Source: Octopus sinensis (lineage: Eukaryota). Taken from it: a stretch of DNA of 34,991 bases. The stretch is taken from positions 1-34,991 of the forward strand of contig NW_021836250.1 in the NCBI RefSeq assembly GCF_006345805.1, written 5' to 3'. Position numbers and translations under genes: made by a program. How positions within the stretch are numbered: the stretch's first letter is position 1; the number at the start of each line of letters is the position of its first letter. Of this stretch, positions 1-11,289 are shown piece by piece. The notes beneath the pieces are model-generated. The model did not search any database and was not told the origin of the DNA. It was given only the letters and a program-made list of their open reading frames with translations.

Positions 1-1150
1 TGTTATAAATACATCTGTAATGACTATATGCCCCGGTGGTGTTTGATCAGGGGTTAAGGACGGATGGGAATTAATTCTGTAATGCAATCAGTCTATTATT
101 CTAGCCCCAAGTTGAATTCCAACTGTTGGCCAGTTTGTCCCAAAGGTCTTATCTCAAAGTAAAATTAATGAAGCGAATAAATACATCTGTAATGACTATA
201 TGCCCCGGTGGTGTTTGATCAGGGGTTAAGGATGGATGGGAATTAATTCTGTAATGCAATCAGTCTATTATTCTAGCCCCAAGTTGAATTCCAACTGTTG
301 GCCAGTTTGTCCCAAAGGTCTTATCTCAAAGTAAAATTAATGAAGCGAATAATACATCTGTCATGACTATATGCCCCGGTGGGGGTTTGATCAGGGGGGT
401 TAAGGACGGATGGGAATTAATTCTGTAATGCAATCAGTCTTATTCTAGCCCCAAGTTGAATTCCAACTGTTGGCCAGTTTGTCCCAAAGGTCTTATCTCA
501 AAGTAAAAATTAATATGAAGCGAATAAATACATCTGTAATGACTATATGCCCCGGTGGTGTTTGATCAGGGGTTAAGGACGGATGGGAATTAATTCTGTA
601 ATGCAATCAGTCTATTAATTCTAGCCCCAAGTTGAATTCCAACTGTTGGCCAGTTTGTCCCAAAGGTCTTATCTCAAAGTAAAATTAATGAAGCGAATAA
701 ATACATCTGTAATGACTATATGCCCCGGTGGTGTTTGATCAGGGGTTAAGGATGGATGGGAATTAATTCTGTAATGCAATCAGTCTATTATTCTAGTCCC
801 AAGTTGAATTCCAACTGTTGGCCAGTTTGTCCCAAAGGTCTTATCTCGAAGTAAAATTAATGAAGCGAATGTCATATATCTCCCCTTTGATCTCTGATGT
901 CATCTGACAAATGCCAACTCAGATTGTGTATCTCAGCCAAACCTTACCTGCTTGAAATAAAAACCCAAATGATTTTAAATCAAATACCAATGCTGGATGT
1001 TCAAGAACTAAATGAAGGGCAGGTCTTCAATTCCGGAATCGTCCCGATTCCCAAAGGGTTATGTCTATAATATGTCTACGCAGAGCAAATGTTGGTTGAG
1101 ATATAGTTGTCCCGGACGGACAGACAGAATTTCGCTTTTATTTATATAGA
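1..1150 (-). mobile_element. Non-autonomous Helitron-like element: 5' end plus internal tandem array
   Basis: Minus strand reads A|TCTATATAAATAAAAGCGAAATTCTGTCTGTCCGTCC from 1151. This is a 5' TC after host A, followed by a TA-rich stretch and (GTCT)-like repeats, typical of non-autonomous Helitron 5' termini. The 3' CTRR end is not in the window. Confidence 0.6.
9..869. repeat. Tandem array of about five ~172-bp monomers (satellite-like), running off the window start
   Basis: ATACATCTG recurs at 9, 181, 352, 528 and 701. Monomers are near-identical, differing mainly by 1-2 nt indels in copies 3-4. Confidence 0.95.
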
Positions 1151-1617
1151 TAAAAAGTTAATAGCTTTTAAATGTCTGCAAATTTTGCATAATTTTAGCC
1201 AATCGAAGGCCACGAATGTGAGATTTACGATCAGGAATATGACATTCATGGCTGTAAATATCACGGTGGTGTCTGTTTTCATAGTAAGAAGCAAAGCTGT
1301 CGGCTGCCCTGTTTTCATGGTAACCCGGATGCTATACTTGCGCAATTGTGACTCTTTCACAGCTGCAGTCACCACCCCAAGTTTTGACGAGAATCATTTT
1401 GTGAACAGACAGCTATCATGGAGAAAATGCCGGCTTCTGGAGTCCTTGTTTTCTGATTGGCTAAATATTATCAAGCTTTGAAACTTTGTAATATGTGTGT
1501 ACGTGTGTGTGTGTGTATGAGTGTGTGTGTGTATATATATATATATGTGCGCATTTTCACGTGTGTGTGTGTGTGCATGTGTATGTGTGCACGTACATGA
1601 TTGCACGCGTGTGTGTC

Positions 1618-1815
1618 TGTCCACTACCACCGCTTAAAACCCGGTGTTGGTTCGCTTACGTCCCCATAATATAGCGGTTCGACAAAAAGTACCAGATTTG
1701 AAATAAAGTAAAATAAAAAGTATTGGAGTCGATCCGTTCAACTGAAAAACAAAAAAAGAGAACACTTCAAGGTGGTGCTCCAGTATGGCCACAGTCTAAT
1801 GAGTGCAACAAGTAA
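1618..1815 (+). mobile_element. SINE family A, diverged 3' half
   Basis: Similar to the 3' half of the copies at 2039-2436 and 8697-9080 (GGTGCTCCAG-ATGGCC tail). Confidence 0.7.
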
Positions 1816-1820
1816 GATAT

Positions 1821-2182
1821 GTTGTGCTTTGGGAGGGTCATTTTCTTTTTGTGCCTTATAACTTAACACACTCACCGGTAAAATTTCCACTTATTTCTTA
1901 TTTTTATTTTCCTAAAATTTACGTTGCTTCTTGCAACCTTTTCAATAGTTTTGACTCTCTAGCTTTGACTCTCACTAGTTTTGCGAGTCAAAACTATTGA
2001 AAAGGTTCCAAGAAGCAACGAAAAATTTTAGGAAAATATGGTAAGTAGCTTGCTAACCAACCACATGGTTCCGGGATCAGTCCCACTGCTTGGCACCTAG
2101 GGCAAGTGTCTTTTACTATAGCCTCGGGCCGACCAATGCCTTGTGAGTGGATTTGGTAGACGGAAACTGAAAGAAGCCTGTC

Positions 2183-2214
<32 letters not shown>

Positions 2215-2517
2215 ATGTTTGTGTGTCTGTGTTTGTCCGCCTAGCATTGCTTGACAACCGATGCTGGTGTGTTTATGTCCCCGTCACTTAGCGGTTCGGC
2301 AAAAACAGACTGATAGAATAAGTACTGGGCTTAGAAAGAATAAGTCCCGGGGTCGAGTTGCTCGACTAAAGGCGGTGCTCCAGCATGGCCACAGTCAAAT
2401 GACTGAAACAAGTAAAAGAGTAAAGAGTAAAAGAGTATAAGAAAAAAGTGGAAATTTTACCTGTGAGTGTGTCATATTACAAGGCACAAAAAGAAAATGA
2501 CTCTCCCCAGACACAAC
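1821..2517. mobile_element. Palindromic (foldback/MITE-like) element with right arm interrupted by a SINE
   Basis: 1821-1957 is the reverse complement of 1985-2037 joined to 2437-2517. SINE A occupies 2039-2436. Confidence 0.8.
2039..2436 (+). mobile_element. SINE family A (tRNA-derived head, slightly 5'-truncated; internal TA/TG microsatellite)
   Basis: B-box-like GGGATCAGTCCC, CORE-like GGGCAAGT segment and GACTGAAACAAGTAAAAGAG tail. Multi-copy within the window. Confidence 0.9.
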
Positions 2518-2767
2518 AGAACATGCTTCAACACACGAACTCATATAAAGAATCTTGCAAACCAAATCCAAAAATGAAAAATAAAATATGATAAAGATCT
2601 TCAGAGTAGCTGAACTCTACAAATGTACATAATTGTTCTTTCATATTGCAAATAACTGCAGCCATATTGTCAGGTATGTTAAAGGCTTCTCCTATTTGCA
2701 TTTGGCAAAAGAATATTGCTTGTGTGGAAAATTAAAGAATGTAGTCAACAATAGCGGTATTTACTCT

Positions 2768-2824
2768 GTGTGTGTGTATAAATATATATATACGAATATA
2801 TATAACACATATCTATAGTGTGTG

Positions 2825-2858
<34 letters not shown>

Positions 2859-3227
2859 AATATATATATATATAAATATATACATACACATATATATATA
2901 AATATATATATATATAAATATATACATACACATACATACATACATATATACAGATACACACATTATATATACGTGCATATATACACATACAGACATTATA
3001 TATACGTGCATATATACACATACACACATTATATATACGTGCATGTATACACATACACACATTATATATACGTGCATCTATACACATACACATGTTATAT
3101 ATACGTGCATATATACACATACACACATTATATATACGTACATATATAAACATATAAATGTATATAGACACATATATATGCACATATAAAGGCAGACTAC
3201 GTTATATATATGTGTGTGTATAGATAC

Positions 3228-3264
<37 letters not shown>

Positions 3265-3413
3265 TATACATGTATGTATATAATATATTATAGATATAAT
3301 GCATGTATATATATGAATATATATGTATGAATATGTATATACACATATGAATATATATATATGTATGATATGTGTATATCACTATATATGGTATATTTAT
3401 TATGTATGTATAT

Positions 3414-3447
<34 letters not shown>

Positions 3448-3581
3448 TATATATATATAATATATACTATATTATATATAATATATAAATAAGTATGTAT
3501 ATATATGAATATATATGTATGAATATGTATATATACATATGAATATATATGTATGAATATGTATATACAAATATGTGTGTG

Positions 3582-3612
<31 letters not shown>

Positions 3613-3780
3613 TCATACATATGTACACACACACATATATATCACAGCAATGTCTTTACTACAGTTGCATTGTATATTGTTTTTGCAGCGTTTGTATGTG
3701 TGTGTATGTATATATATATATGAGTATATATGTGTAAATGTATGTATGTATGTATATATGTGCCTGTATGTATAAAAATA
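2768..3780. repeat. (TA)n/(TG)n compound microsatellite containing a 33-bp minisatellite (2960-3146)
   Basis: Unit ACATTATATATACGTGCATATATACACATACAC repeated about 5.5 times, visible as an 11-aa period in the ORF track. Confidence 0.9.
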
Positions 3781-4093
3781 GACATACATACAACTTCTGG
3801 TTTCAGATTTCTCTCCAGTCCCCAAAACAGAGTTCTTTCATTCCAGTTCATACACCATCAGTTACGCATACATGTGTGCATGAATGCATGTATGTTATGT
3901 ATATTATGTATGTATGTATGTATGTGCGTGTACATGTATGTACATACGTATGCATCTCTGTACGTGAACTTATGAACGATTATACGCATTCATACGTTCA
4001 TGAATGTATGCGTATATATATGTCTGTTTGTACATGTTTGCTTGGATACATGCCTTTAAGTGTTAATTTACGTGTTTAGAATATGTATACATA

Positions 4094-4696
4094 GGCGCAG
4101 GAGTGGCTGTGTGGTAAGTAGCTTGCTTACCAACCACATGGTTCTGGGTTCAGTCCCACTGCGTGACATCTTGGGCAAGTGTCTCCTGCTATAGCCCCGG
4201 GCTGACCAATGCATTGTGAGTGGATTTGGTAGACGGAAACTGAAAGAAGCCTGTAGTATATATGTATATATATATATATGTATGGCGGCGAGCTGGCAGA
4301 AACATTAGCACACCGGGCGAAATGCGTAGCCGTATTTCGTCTGCCGTTATGTTCTGGGTTCAAATTCCGCTGAGGTCGACTTTGCCTTTCATCCTTTCGG
4401 GGTCGATAAATTAAGTGCCAGTTACGCACTGGTGTCGATGTAATCGACTTAATCCGTTTGTCTGTCCCCTCTGTGTTTAGCCCCTTGTGGGTAGTAAAGA
4501 AATATATATGTATGTGTGTATATGTGTTTGTCCCCCTAGCATTGCTTGACAACCGATGCTGGTGTGTTTACGCCCCCGTCACTTAGCGGTTTGGCAAAAA
4601 GGGACCGATAGAATAAGTACTGGGCTTACAAAAAAGAATAAGTCCCGAGGTGCTCCAGCATGGCCGCAGTCAAATGACTGAAACAAGTAAAAGAGT
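4094..4696 (+). mobile_element. SINE family A, full head, interrupted by SINE B
   Basis: Head GGCGCAGGAGTGGCTGTGTGGTAAG...GGTTCAGTCCC at 4094. The 3' half resumes at about 4505. Confidence 0.9.
4284..4504 (+). mobile_element. SINE family B (tail type B1), full length, nested in SINE A
   Basis: GGCGGCGAGCTGGCAGAA head, GGTTCAAATTCC B box and GTAAAGAAATA tail. Confidence 0.9.
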
Positions 4697-5503
4697 ATAA
4701 GATTAAAGAGAGATACACGCGTGCGCTAATACACACACATCCCCATTCTACTTTCACTTTCGTTTGTATCATATTGGAACGAGTAACAGTATTAGATTTC
4801 TATTTCTCATGTTTTCCTCCTGATGAGATGGGCGACTCATCACAATTAATCTAATTTATTATGTATTTTAACGACGCTATTGACGAAAGAACTCTGGCCG
4901 AAATAAGACGCTATTATTGTTATGCTTTTATCCCAGTGGAACAGCTGTTGTAAAAAAAATAAATAATTATAATGTGCTTGTTCTTCTGTTGTATATATAT
5001 ATATATAGATAGATATGTATATACATATGTACATTTACACTCACACATACACACACACATATAGTGGGAAGTTAAAAGCTATGGCTGATCATAGATAGAT
5101 GATTTGTTTCGCACCTATAAAGCGCCTAGCAGTGTAAGCGACTTTGCAACTCTAATGCTTTAGAGCAAAAGTTCTCAACGAGGGCCATTTGGAGCTCCAG
5201 GTGGGCGTTTTGGAGCAAAGGGGCGCTAGAGGGGCATTAAGAAATTGGGGGCGCTAGGTGGGAGGCGCTGGAAGACCCTCAACGTTGGTAGGTTTAATTT
5301 TAAATTAATGAATAGTAGCCATATTTTGAAATCGCTGCGGCAGTGAGTTTAAAAGAAAATAAGAACCTGGATCGATTTGTTAGGCAAAACCTATCAAGGT
5401 GGTGCTCCAGTAAGGCCGCAATCCAATGAGTGAACCAAATAAAAAAGCTAAAAGAAAAGAGACCTCCTTAGCACTCTGTGTACAATATTTTCCGCTATTC
5501 CAA

Positions 5504-5902
5504 GGCGGCGAGCTGGCAGAACCGTTAGCACACTGGGCGAAATGCTTAGCGGTATTTCTTCTGCCGTTATGTTCTGAGTTCAAATTCTGCCGAGGTCGAC
5601 TTTACCAGTTACACACTGGGGTCGATGTAATCGACTTAATCCGTTTGTCTGTTGTTGTTTGTCCCCTCTATGTTTAGCCCCTTGTGGGCAGTAAAGAAAT
5701 AAGAAACGTTAGCACGTCAGGCGATATGCTTAGCGGTATTTCGTCTGTCTTCACGTTCCGAGTTCAAATTCCACCGCGGTCGACTTTACCTTTTATCCTT
5801 TCAGGGTCGATAAATTAAGTACCAGTTGCGTACTGGGGTCGATCTAATCAACTGGTCCCCTCCCCAACAATTTCAGGCTTTGTGCCTAGAATAGAAAAGA
5901 AT
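5504..5902 (+). mobile_element. Tandem SINE B dimer (B1 5504-5701; B2 tail variant 5703-5902)
   Basis: Two head-to-tail copies sharing head and core but with different 3' tails. Confidence 0.85.
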
Positions 5903-6614
5903 ATTTTCTGCTGTTCCAGAACCTTAAATCTGGTCTGGCAAAATCCTTTCAACGCTTTTCATACAAATTATTCCAGCCATATTCTTTCGAACAATGCATG
6001 AACATTCAATCCGGTCTACTGAAATAATTTTTATATTTCCATTTTAGGAACAGCGAATTTGTGCGTGCGCACACGTTTTACATCTAACACACAAATGCTT
6101 GAAGAAGGACATTTCACCCATATTCTTTCATTTAATAAGTGAGTATTTCATTCAGTTTCTTTGTTTTATATTTCATAGTCTTATCTTTTGAATCAGTGTT
6201 TCCTTTTATCTGTGCCATTGTGCGTGCGCACAAGTTTTCCATCTAGCGCACAAAGGTTTTAAGTTGACTATTTCATATTTATTCTTTCAGATCACGTGTG
6301 TGCGTTTAACCCATTTCACTGTAGTTAATATCCATATTTTTATCTTCAGAAGCATTGCTCTCTGTTGTCACTGCCTGATATTTATGATTGATCTTTCAAA
6401 ATTTTTTCTTTCTCAACTTACTCAAGATCTTTTGCTCTTTATCAATGGGAGATAGATAGAGGAAGATAAAGAGTAAGAGAAAGCGAGGAAGAGTCCGAGA
6501 GAAAGGAAGAGTAAGAGAGTGAGAAAGTGAGAGAGAAAGGAGAGAGAAAGAAAGAGGGAGAATGTGGCGATAAGAAACAGAAAGGAAGCAACAGAAAGTA
6601 ACAACCACACCCTA

Positions 6615-6646
6615 ACCCGTGCGTAGAGCGGGTCACCTTAAGCTAG
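6615..6646 (+). mobile_element. Helitron-like 3' terminus
   Basis: Hairpin ACCCG...CGGGT (6615-6633), then 9 nt, then CTAG (6643-6646) and host T. The 5' end was not identified. Confidence 0.5.
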
Positions 6647-6863
6647 TCTTTTATATAAATTTATTTGTGAAATTTCGTTGTAGTTTAAATAATTAAAAAA
6701 ATGCTTCAATTAATTAATCTTCCTAAAAATAATGAATGCCTATGCATATCTTCATTTTGAATGCACCCCGTGCAGATGTATACATATATACACACTTATG
6801 TACATATATCCAGAAATATATCTGCAACCATACATATATATATATATATATATGCGTGTGTGT

Positions 6864-7070
6864 GTATGACCTCGTGTGTACTGTTGGCGATTTTTTTCCT
6901 CCGTCTTCCCTTCTTAGGATCTTTCCTTCTCCTATGTTTCCGACGAAGAGCTCCGCTCGAAACGTTAAACCCTCCTTCTTTCCTTCTTTCCTGAGCGTCC
7001 AATAATACTACACTTGTTCCACGTCCTCTCGTTGTTGTGTTTTTTCTTGGTGTTTTCATGTTTGGATAAC
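6864..7070 (+). mobile_element. ~200-bp (TA)n-flanked short element, PLE-derived candidate (family H1)
   Basis: Second copy at 21961-22167. Both are flanked by TA repeats and carry a hammerhead-like motif. Confidence 0.7.
6936..6970 (+). ncRNA. Minimal type I hammerhead-ribozyme-like motif (U4C in this copy)
   Basis: GTTT-CCGACGA-A-GAGC-TCC-GCTC-GAA-ACGT-T-AAAC: stem I GTTT/AAAC, stem II GAGC/GCTC, palindromic stem III ACGT, GUU cleavage triplet. Confidence 0.55.
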
Positions 7071-7387
7071 TATATATATATGCATATACACACCTACGCA
7101 CACATAAACAGTAGCCACACATATTAAAGCACATATCAATAAAACATATTGGTTAAACATTTTGAAACCAACGTTTTTATTTTGTAAACCGGTCCTAAAT
7201 TCAAAGAGGCTTGTATTTACATAAGGTAGTTATCCAAGTGCATACAACGTGTTATCAGCTCAGTTCTTTTCTTTAGGCTGTTAATGCTTTGAGTCAAAAT
7301 TCTCAATTTTTTTGTTCAGACAAAGGTCACACAAAATCGTTGACCTGCAGTTCCAATTCCTCTGTGTGTGTGTGTGTGCATATGCAA

Positions 7388-7698
7388 GGCAGCACGTAAA
7401 AGCACCATCCGTTTGTGTCTGTTGCCAGCCTTGCCTGGCTCCCGTGCCAGTGGCACGTAAAAGTACCATCCGTTCATGGCCATTTGCCAGCTCCGTCTGG
7501 CACCTGTGCGGGTGGCACGTAAAAAGCACCCACTACACTCACGGAGTGGTTGGCATTAGGAAGGGCATCCAGCTGTAGAAACACTGCCAGATCAGACTGG
7601 GCCTGATGCAGCCTTCTGGCTTCACAGACCCCAGTTGAACCGTCCAACCCATGCTAGCATGGAAAGCGGACGCTAAATGATGATGATGATGATGATGA

Positions 7699-7702
<4 letters not shown>
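7388..7702 (+). mobile_element. 5'-truncated RTE copy (3' UTR only) with (GAT)n tail
   Basis: Matches 34480-34749 of the long RTE (AGGAAGGGCATCCAG...GGACGCTAAA(T/C)GATGAT). Confidence 0.9.
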
Positions 7703-7740
<38 letters not shown>

Positions 7741-8180
7741 TCTGCTTGTTCGTTAGCATGCTACACTTTAGTTAGTTAGAAAGATGGAGGTGGAGGGAGA
7801 GAGAGAGAGAGAAAGCGAGGGCAAGAGAAAGATTAGAGAAGAAAGAAGAGAGGAAGAAGTAGAGAAATGTATACAATAATAATACACTCAGGCGAAATGC
7901 GTCATGTAGTGAGCTAAAGGGAGAGGCGAACAGCGAGAGAAAAAGAGGGTGAGAGAAAAAAGAGGGAGAATGACATGCAGTGGGGGTGGGGGAAGGAATT
8001 GCTATTAAGTGGTTAGAAATTTAGCTGAAGGGAGAGGTAAAGAGAAAGCGATATGGTTAGGATGCAATATTTAGCAGAGGGTGATGTTCTGGTGGTGAGA
8101 TGAATGAAAGGCAGATAGAGAGCTGGACAGGGGAGGCAATTATATTCAGAGAATGAGGGAGAGAGGGGGGAGAAGCAAAA

Positions 8181-8412
8181 CACTTTATTTTCCACGTTGC
8201 TCCAGTCCACTCAGCTGGCAAAAATGAGTAGTACCAGTATTTCAAAAGGACCAACTTTGACACATTCTCTGTCAAGCTGAACCTCCCCGACAGCTACATT
8301 AAAGGTACATGTGTCTGTGGAGTACTCAGCCACTTGCACGTTAATTTCACAAGCAGGCTGTTCCGTTGATCGGATCAACTGGGACCCTCGTCATCGCAAC
8401 CGACGGAGTGCC
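8181..8412 (+). mobile_element. SINE family D fragment
   Basis: Shares the core GTTGCTCCAGTCCACTCAGCTG..AAATGAGT with the minus-strand copy at 29762-30030. Confidence 0.6.
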
Positions 8413-8431
8413 AGGTTTCTTTTTAAATATA

Positions 8432-8655
8432 GGTGCAGGAGTGGCTGTGTGGTAAGTAGCTTGCTTACTAACCACATGGTTCTGGGTTCAGTCCCACTGC
8501 GTGGCACCTTGGGTAAGTGTCTTCTACTATAGCCTCGGGCCGACCAAAGCCTTGTGAGTGGATTTGGTAGACGGAAACTGAAAGAAGCCCATCGTATATA
8601 TGCATATATATATATATACATATATATAATATATATATATAATATATATAATATA

Positions 8656-8696
<41 letters not shown>

Positions 8697-9215
8697 GCAG
8701 GAGTGACTGTATGGTAAGTAGCTTGCTTACTAACCACATGGTTCCGGGTTCAGTCCCACTGCGTGGCACCTTGGGCAAGTGTCTTCTACTATAGCCTCAG
8801 GCCGATCAAAGCCTTGCGAGTGGATTTGGTAGACGGAAACTGAAAGAAGCCCGTCGTATATATGTATATGTGTGTGTTTGTGTGTCTGTGTTTGTCCCCC
8901 TAGCATTGCTTGACAACCGATGCTGGTGTGTTTACGTCCCCGTCACTTAGCGGTTCGGCAAAAGAGACCGATAGAATAAGTACTGGGCTTACAAAAGAAT
9001 AAGTCCCGGGGTCGATTTGCTCGACTAAAAGGCGGTGCTCCAGCATGGCCGCAGTCAAATGACTGAAACAAGTAAAAGAGTATTGCTCGACTAAAGGCGG
9101 TGCTCCAGCATGGCCGCAGTCAAATGACTGAAACAAGTAAAAGAGTATTGCTCGACTAAAGGCGGTGCTCCAGCATGGCCGCAGTCAAATGACTGAAACA
9201 AGTAAAAAAAAGAGT
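8432..9215 (+). mobile_element. Two SINE A copies (5' half 8432-8597; full copy from 8697) with triplicated 3' tail
   Basis: Two heads separated by (TA)n. A 65-66-bp tail unit starts at 9017, 9083 and 9148. Confidence 0.9.
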
Positions 9216-9454
9216 AAAAAGTGAAAAGAGTATATATGACAAGGCGACGTGATAAATGGGTGTAAAGTATAGAAATGGTTCTAAGAAGACTGAAGAAAGA
9301 AAAACAAAGGGGAATTGTGGGTAAAAACAGGCAGGAATGGAAAAGATAAAGATTGTTGCCCAGCAGAGTAATATCTACTTTGTGTTTAAAGTGGCGCTTT
9401 GTGCGTACAATGTCCCTATATTTAGCAATATATACACGCTTTAATGTGTCTTTG

Positions 9455-9468
9455 TATGTAGTGCATAT

Positions 9469-9504
<36 letters not shown>

Positions 9505-9715
9505 ATATAGATATCTATGTGTATGATGGGTGTGGGTGTGTTGTGTGTAGATAGATAGAGAGAGAGAGATACAAAAAGACATACAAATATATATATATAT
9601 ATATATATATATCCCTATCATCATCATATAAACATATATATATATATAGAAACTCATATATATATATATATAAACATATATATATCCTATATATATATAA
9701 ACATATAATATATAT

Positions 9716-9771
<56 letters not shown>

Positions 9772-9987
9772 ATTTATATTTAAACATATATAATATTATA
9801 TTAAATATATGTGCGTATACGTATGTATATATAATAACTACGTGCGTGTTTATACGCACACGCACATACATATAGTATAGCTTTGTCTAAATATATCTTC
9901 TGTATGTCTTTGTATATGTATGTATGGTGTGGGACGTGTCTTCAGTGTGTGTCATTGTCTGTGTATATACATACAAACATACATACT

Positions 9988-10028
<41 letters not shown>

Positions 10029-10070
10029 TATATATTTATATATCTACACAAAAACAAATGTGTATGTATG
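9455..10070. repeat. (TA)n-rich compound microsatellite
   Basis: Direct inspection. Confidence 0.9.
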
Positions 10071-10076
10071 TAACTT

Positions 10077-10320
10077 GATCAGCTAGACAATCAGATGTTG
10101 TTACACATCGCTGGTCACAATGCGCATTGCATCATTTTTAACCTTTGAATGACGCCATCCTGCTGGCTAGACGTGCTGGCCAACACTCCTCACGGATAGA
10201 AAGAGTGACTGGTGCAACGTGAGAGGGCGTGTTTTGTTCAAGGACACAGCACGGTGCCCGGTCTGGGAGTGGAACCCATGATCTGGCGATCATGGGGACA
10301 ACAGCCTGACCACTAAGCTA
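10077..10320 (-). mobile_element. Diverged tRNA-derived SINE (family E)
   Basis: Minus-strand head TAGCTTAGTGGTCAG (A box) ... GGGTTCCACTCC (B box), followed by GTGTCCTTGAACAAAACAC. Confidence 0.6.
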
Positions 10321-10354
10321 TGTGCCTACAAACACATATTTGTATGTGTGTATA

Positions 10355-10514
10355 TTTATATATACACATGCACATACACGCATACATACATACAAACATA
10401 CATACATACATACGTACGTACGTACATACATACATATATACATACATACATACATACATACATACAGACATACATACATAAATACATACATACATACATA
10501 CATACATAAATACA

Positions 10515-10548
<34 letters not shown>

Positions 10549-10562
10549 CATACATACATACA

Positions 10563-10594
<32 letters not shown>

Positions 10595-10700
10595 CATACA
10601 TACATACACACATACATACATACATAAATACACACAAATACATACATACATACATACACACATACACACACACATACATACATACATACACACACACACG
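10355..10700. repeat. (TACA)n microsatellite
   Basis: Direct inspection. Confidence 0.95.
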
Positions 10701-10707
10701 CACATCT

Positions 10708-10997
10708 TTCTAGTTTCAGCCTATAATATCCTCCTTTTTCAGTTGGCATATGATGAATGAAGGAGATTTCAAAGTCCCTGCTCTCAGTTGTATTTCTGGC
10801 CATGACATAGGGTCGCCTAGCATTCTAGATAGTCCAAGGTTCATTTGTATTTTGAAGACATCTACATCCATATCGTGTTTATTTCCTAAGTCTCTTTGTA
10901 GCATATTCAAAGGCTTTGGCCCTTTGGACCCGACGCTGTTGCAGTAACTGGTTCTAATTTCCTGATTCCATGGGTACCATTTACATGGCACTGGCAA
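10708..10997 (-). pseudogene. Degenerate 3' end of a CR1/Jockey-like LINE ORF2
   Basis: Peptide SYCNSVGSKGPKPLNMLQRDLGNKHDMDVDVFKIQMNL resembles CR1-type C-termini (KG/RG..LFN.LP...VDVFK..LD). Ends in GCTGAAACTAGAAA, similar to the SINE A tail. Recognised by eye only. Confidence 0.45.
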
Positions 10998-11203
10998 CTG
11001 CCATGATTATGATTTCACTTGGCTTAATAGTCTCCTCAAGCACTGCATATCGCCAAAGGTTTTGGTCATATGTCATCGCTAATGTGAGGCCCGGCATTTG
11101 AAGATTATGCTTCACCAGCATGGTCCCTTTCCTTCGCAAGGCCCAACATTCATTGGACATGCTTTATCACCTTGTCCATGACTAAGTTGGCATGACAGAT
11201 ACA

Positions 11204-11255
<52 letters not shown>

Positions 11256-11289
11256 CAGATACATATACATTGACTCAAATACAACCGAC

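Noticed and set aside
101-150. Minus-strand peptide LANSWNSTWG resembling the papain-family NSW motif
   Set aside because: Bounded by stop codons, within a 172-bp unit that does not keep frame, and with no other protease motifs.
9-869. Regular repeat array as CRISPR
   Set aside because: Monomers are contiguous 172-bp units with no unique spacers, in a eukaryotic context with no cas genes.
1107-1481. 124-aa ORF with a TTG start
   Set aside because: No recognisable domain; it spans the Helitron-like boundary.
2745-3975. Many ORFs rich in Y/I/M/C/V/H/T (also 9091-10803, 16319-17212, 17694-18320, 21193-21726, 26619-28221, 30391-30998)
   Set aside because: Translations of microsatellites that lack stop codons; not genes.
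4094-4170. SINE A and B heads as tRNA genes
   Set aside because: A and B boxes are present, but there is no full cloverleaf and they continue into shared SINE bodies.
4820-4905. CTGATGAG and TGACGAAAG...CCGAAA as a hammerhead
   Set aside because: No convincing stem II or stem I pairing and no second copy.
5160-5290. TAGAGCAAAAGTTCTCAAC as a hAT-like terminus
   Set aside because: Degenerate, with no partner TIR or target-site duplication in the window.
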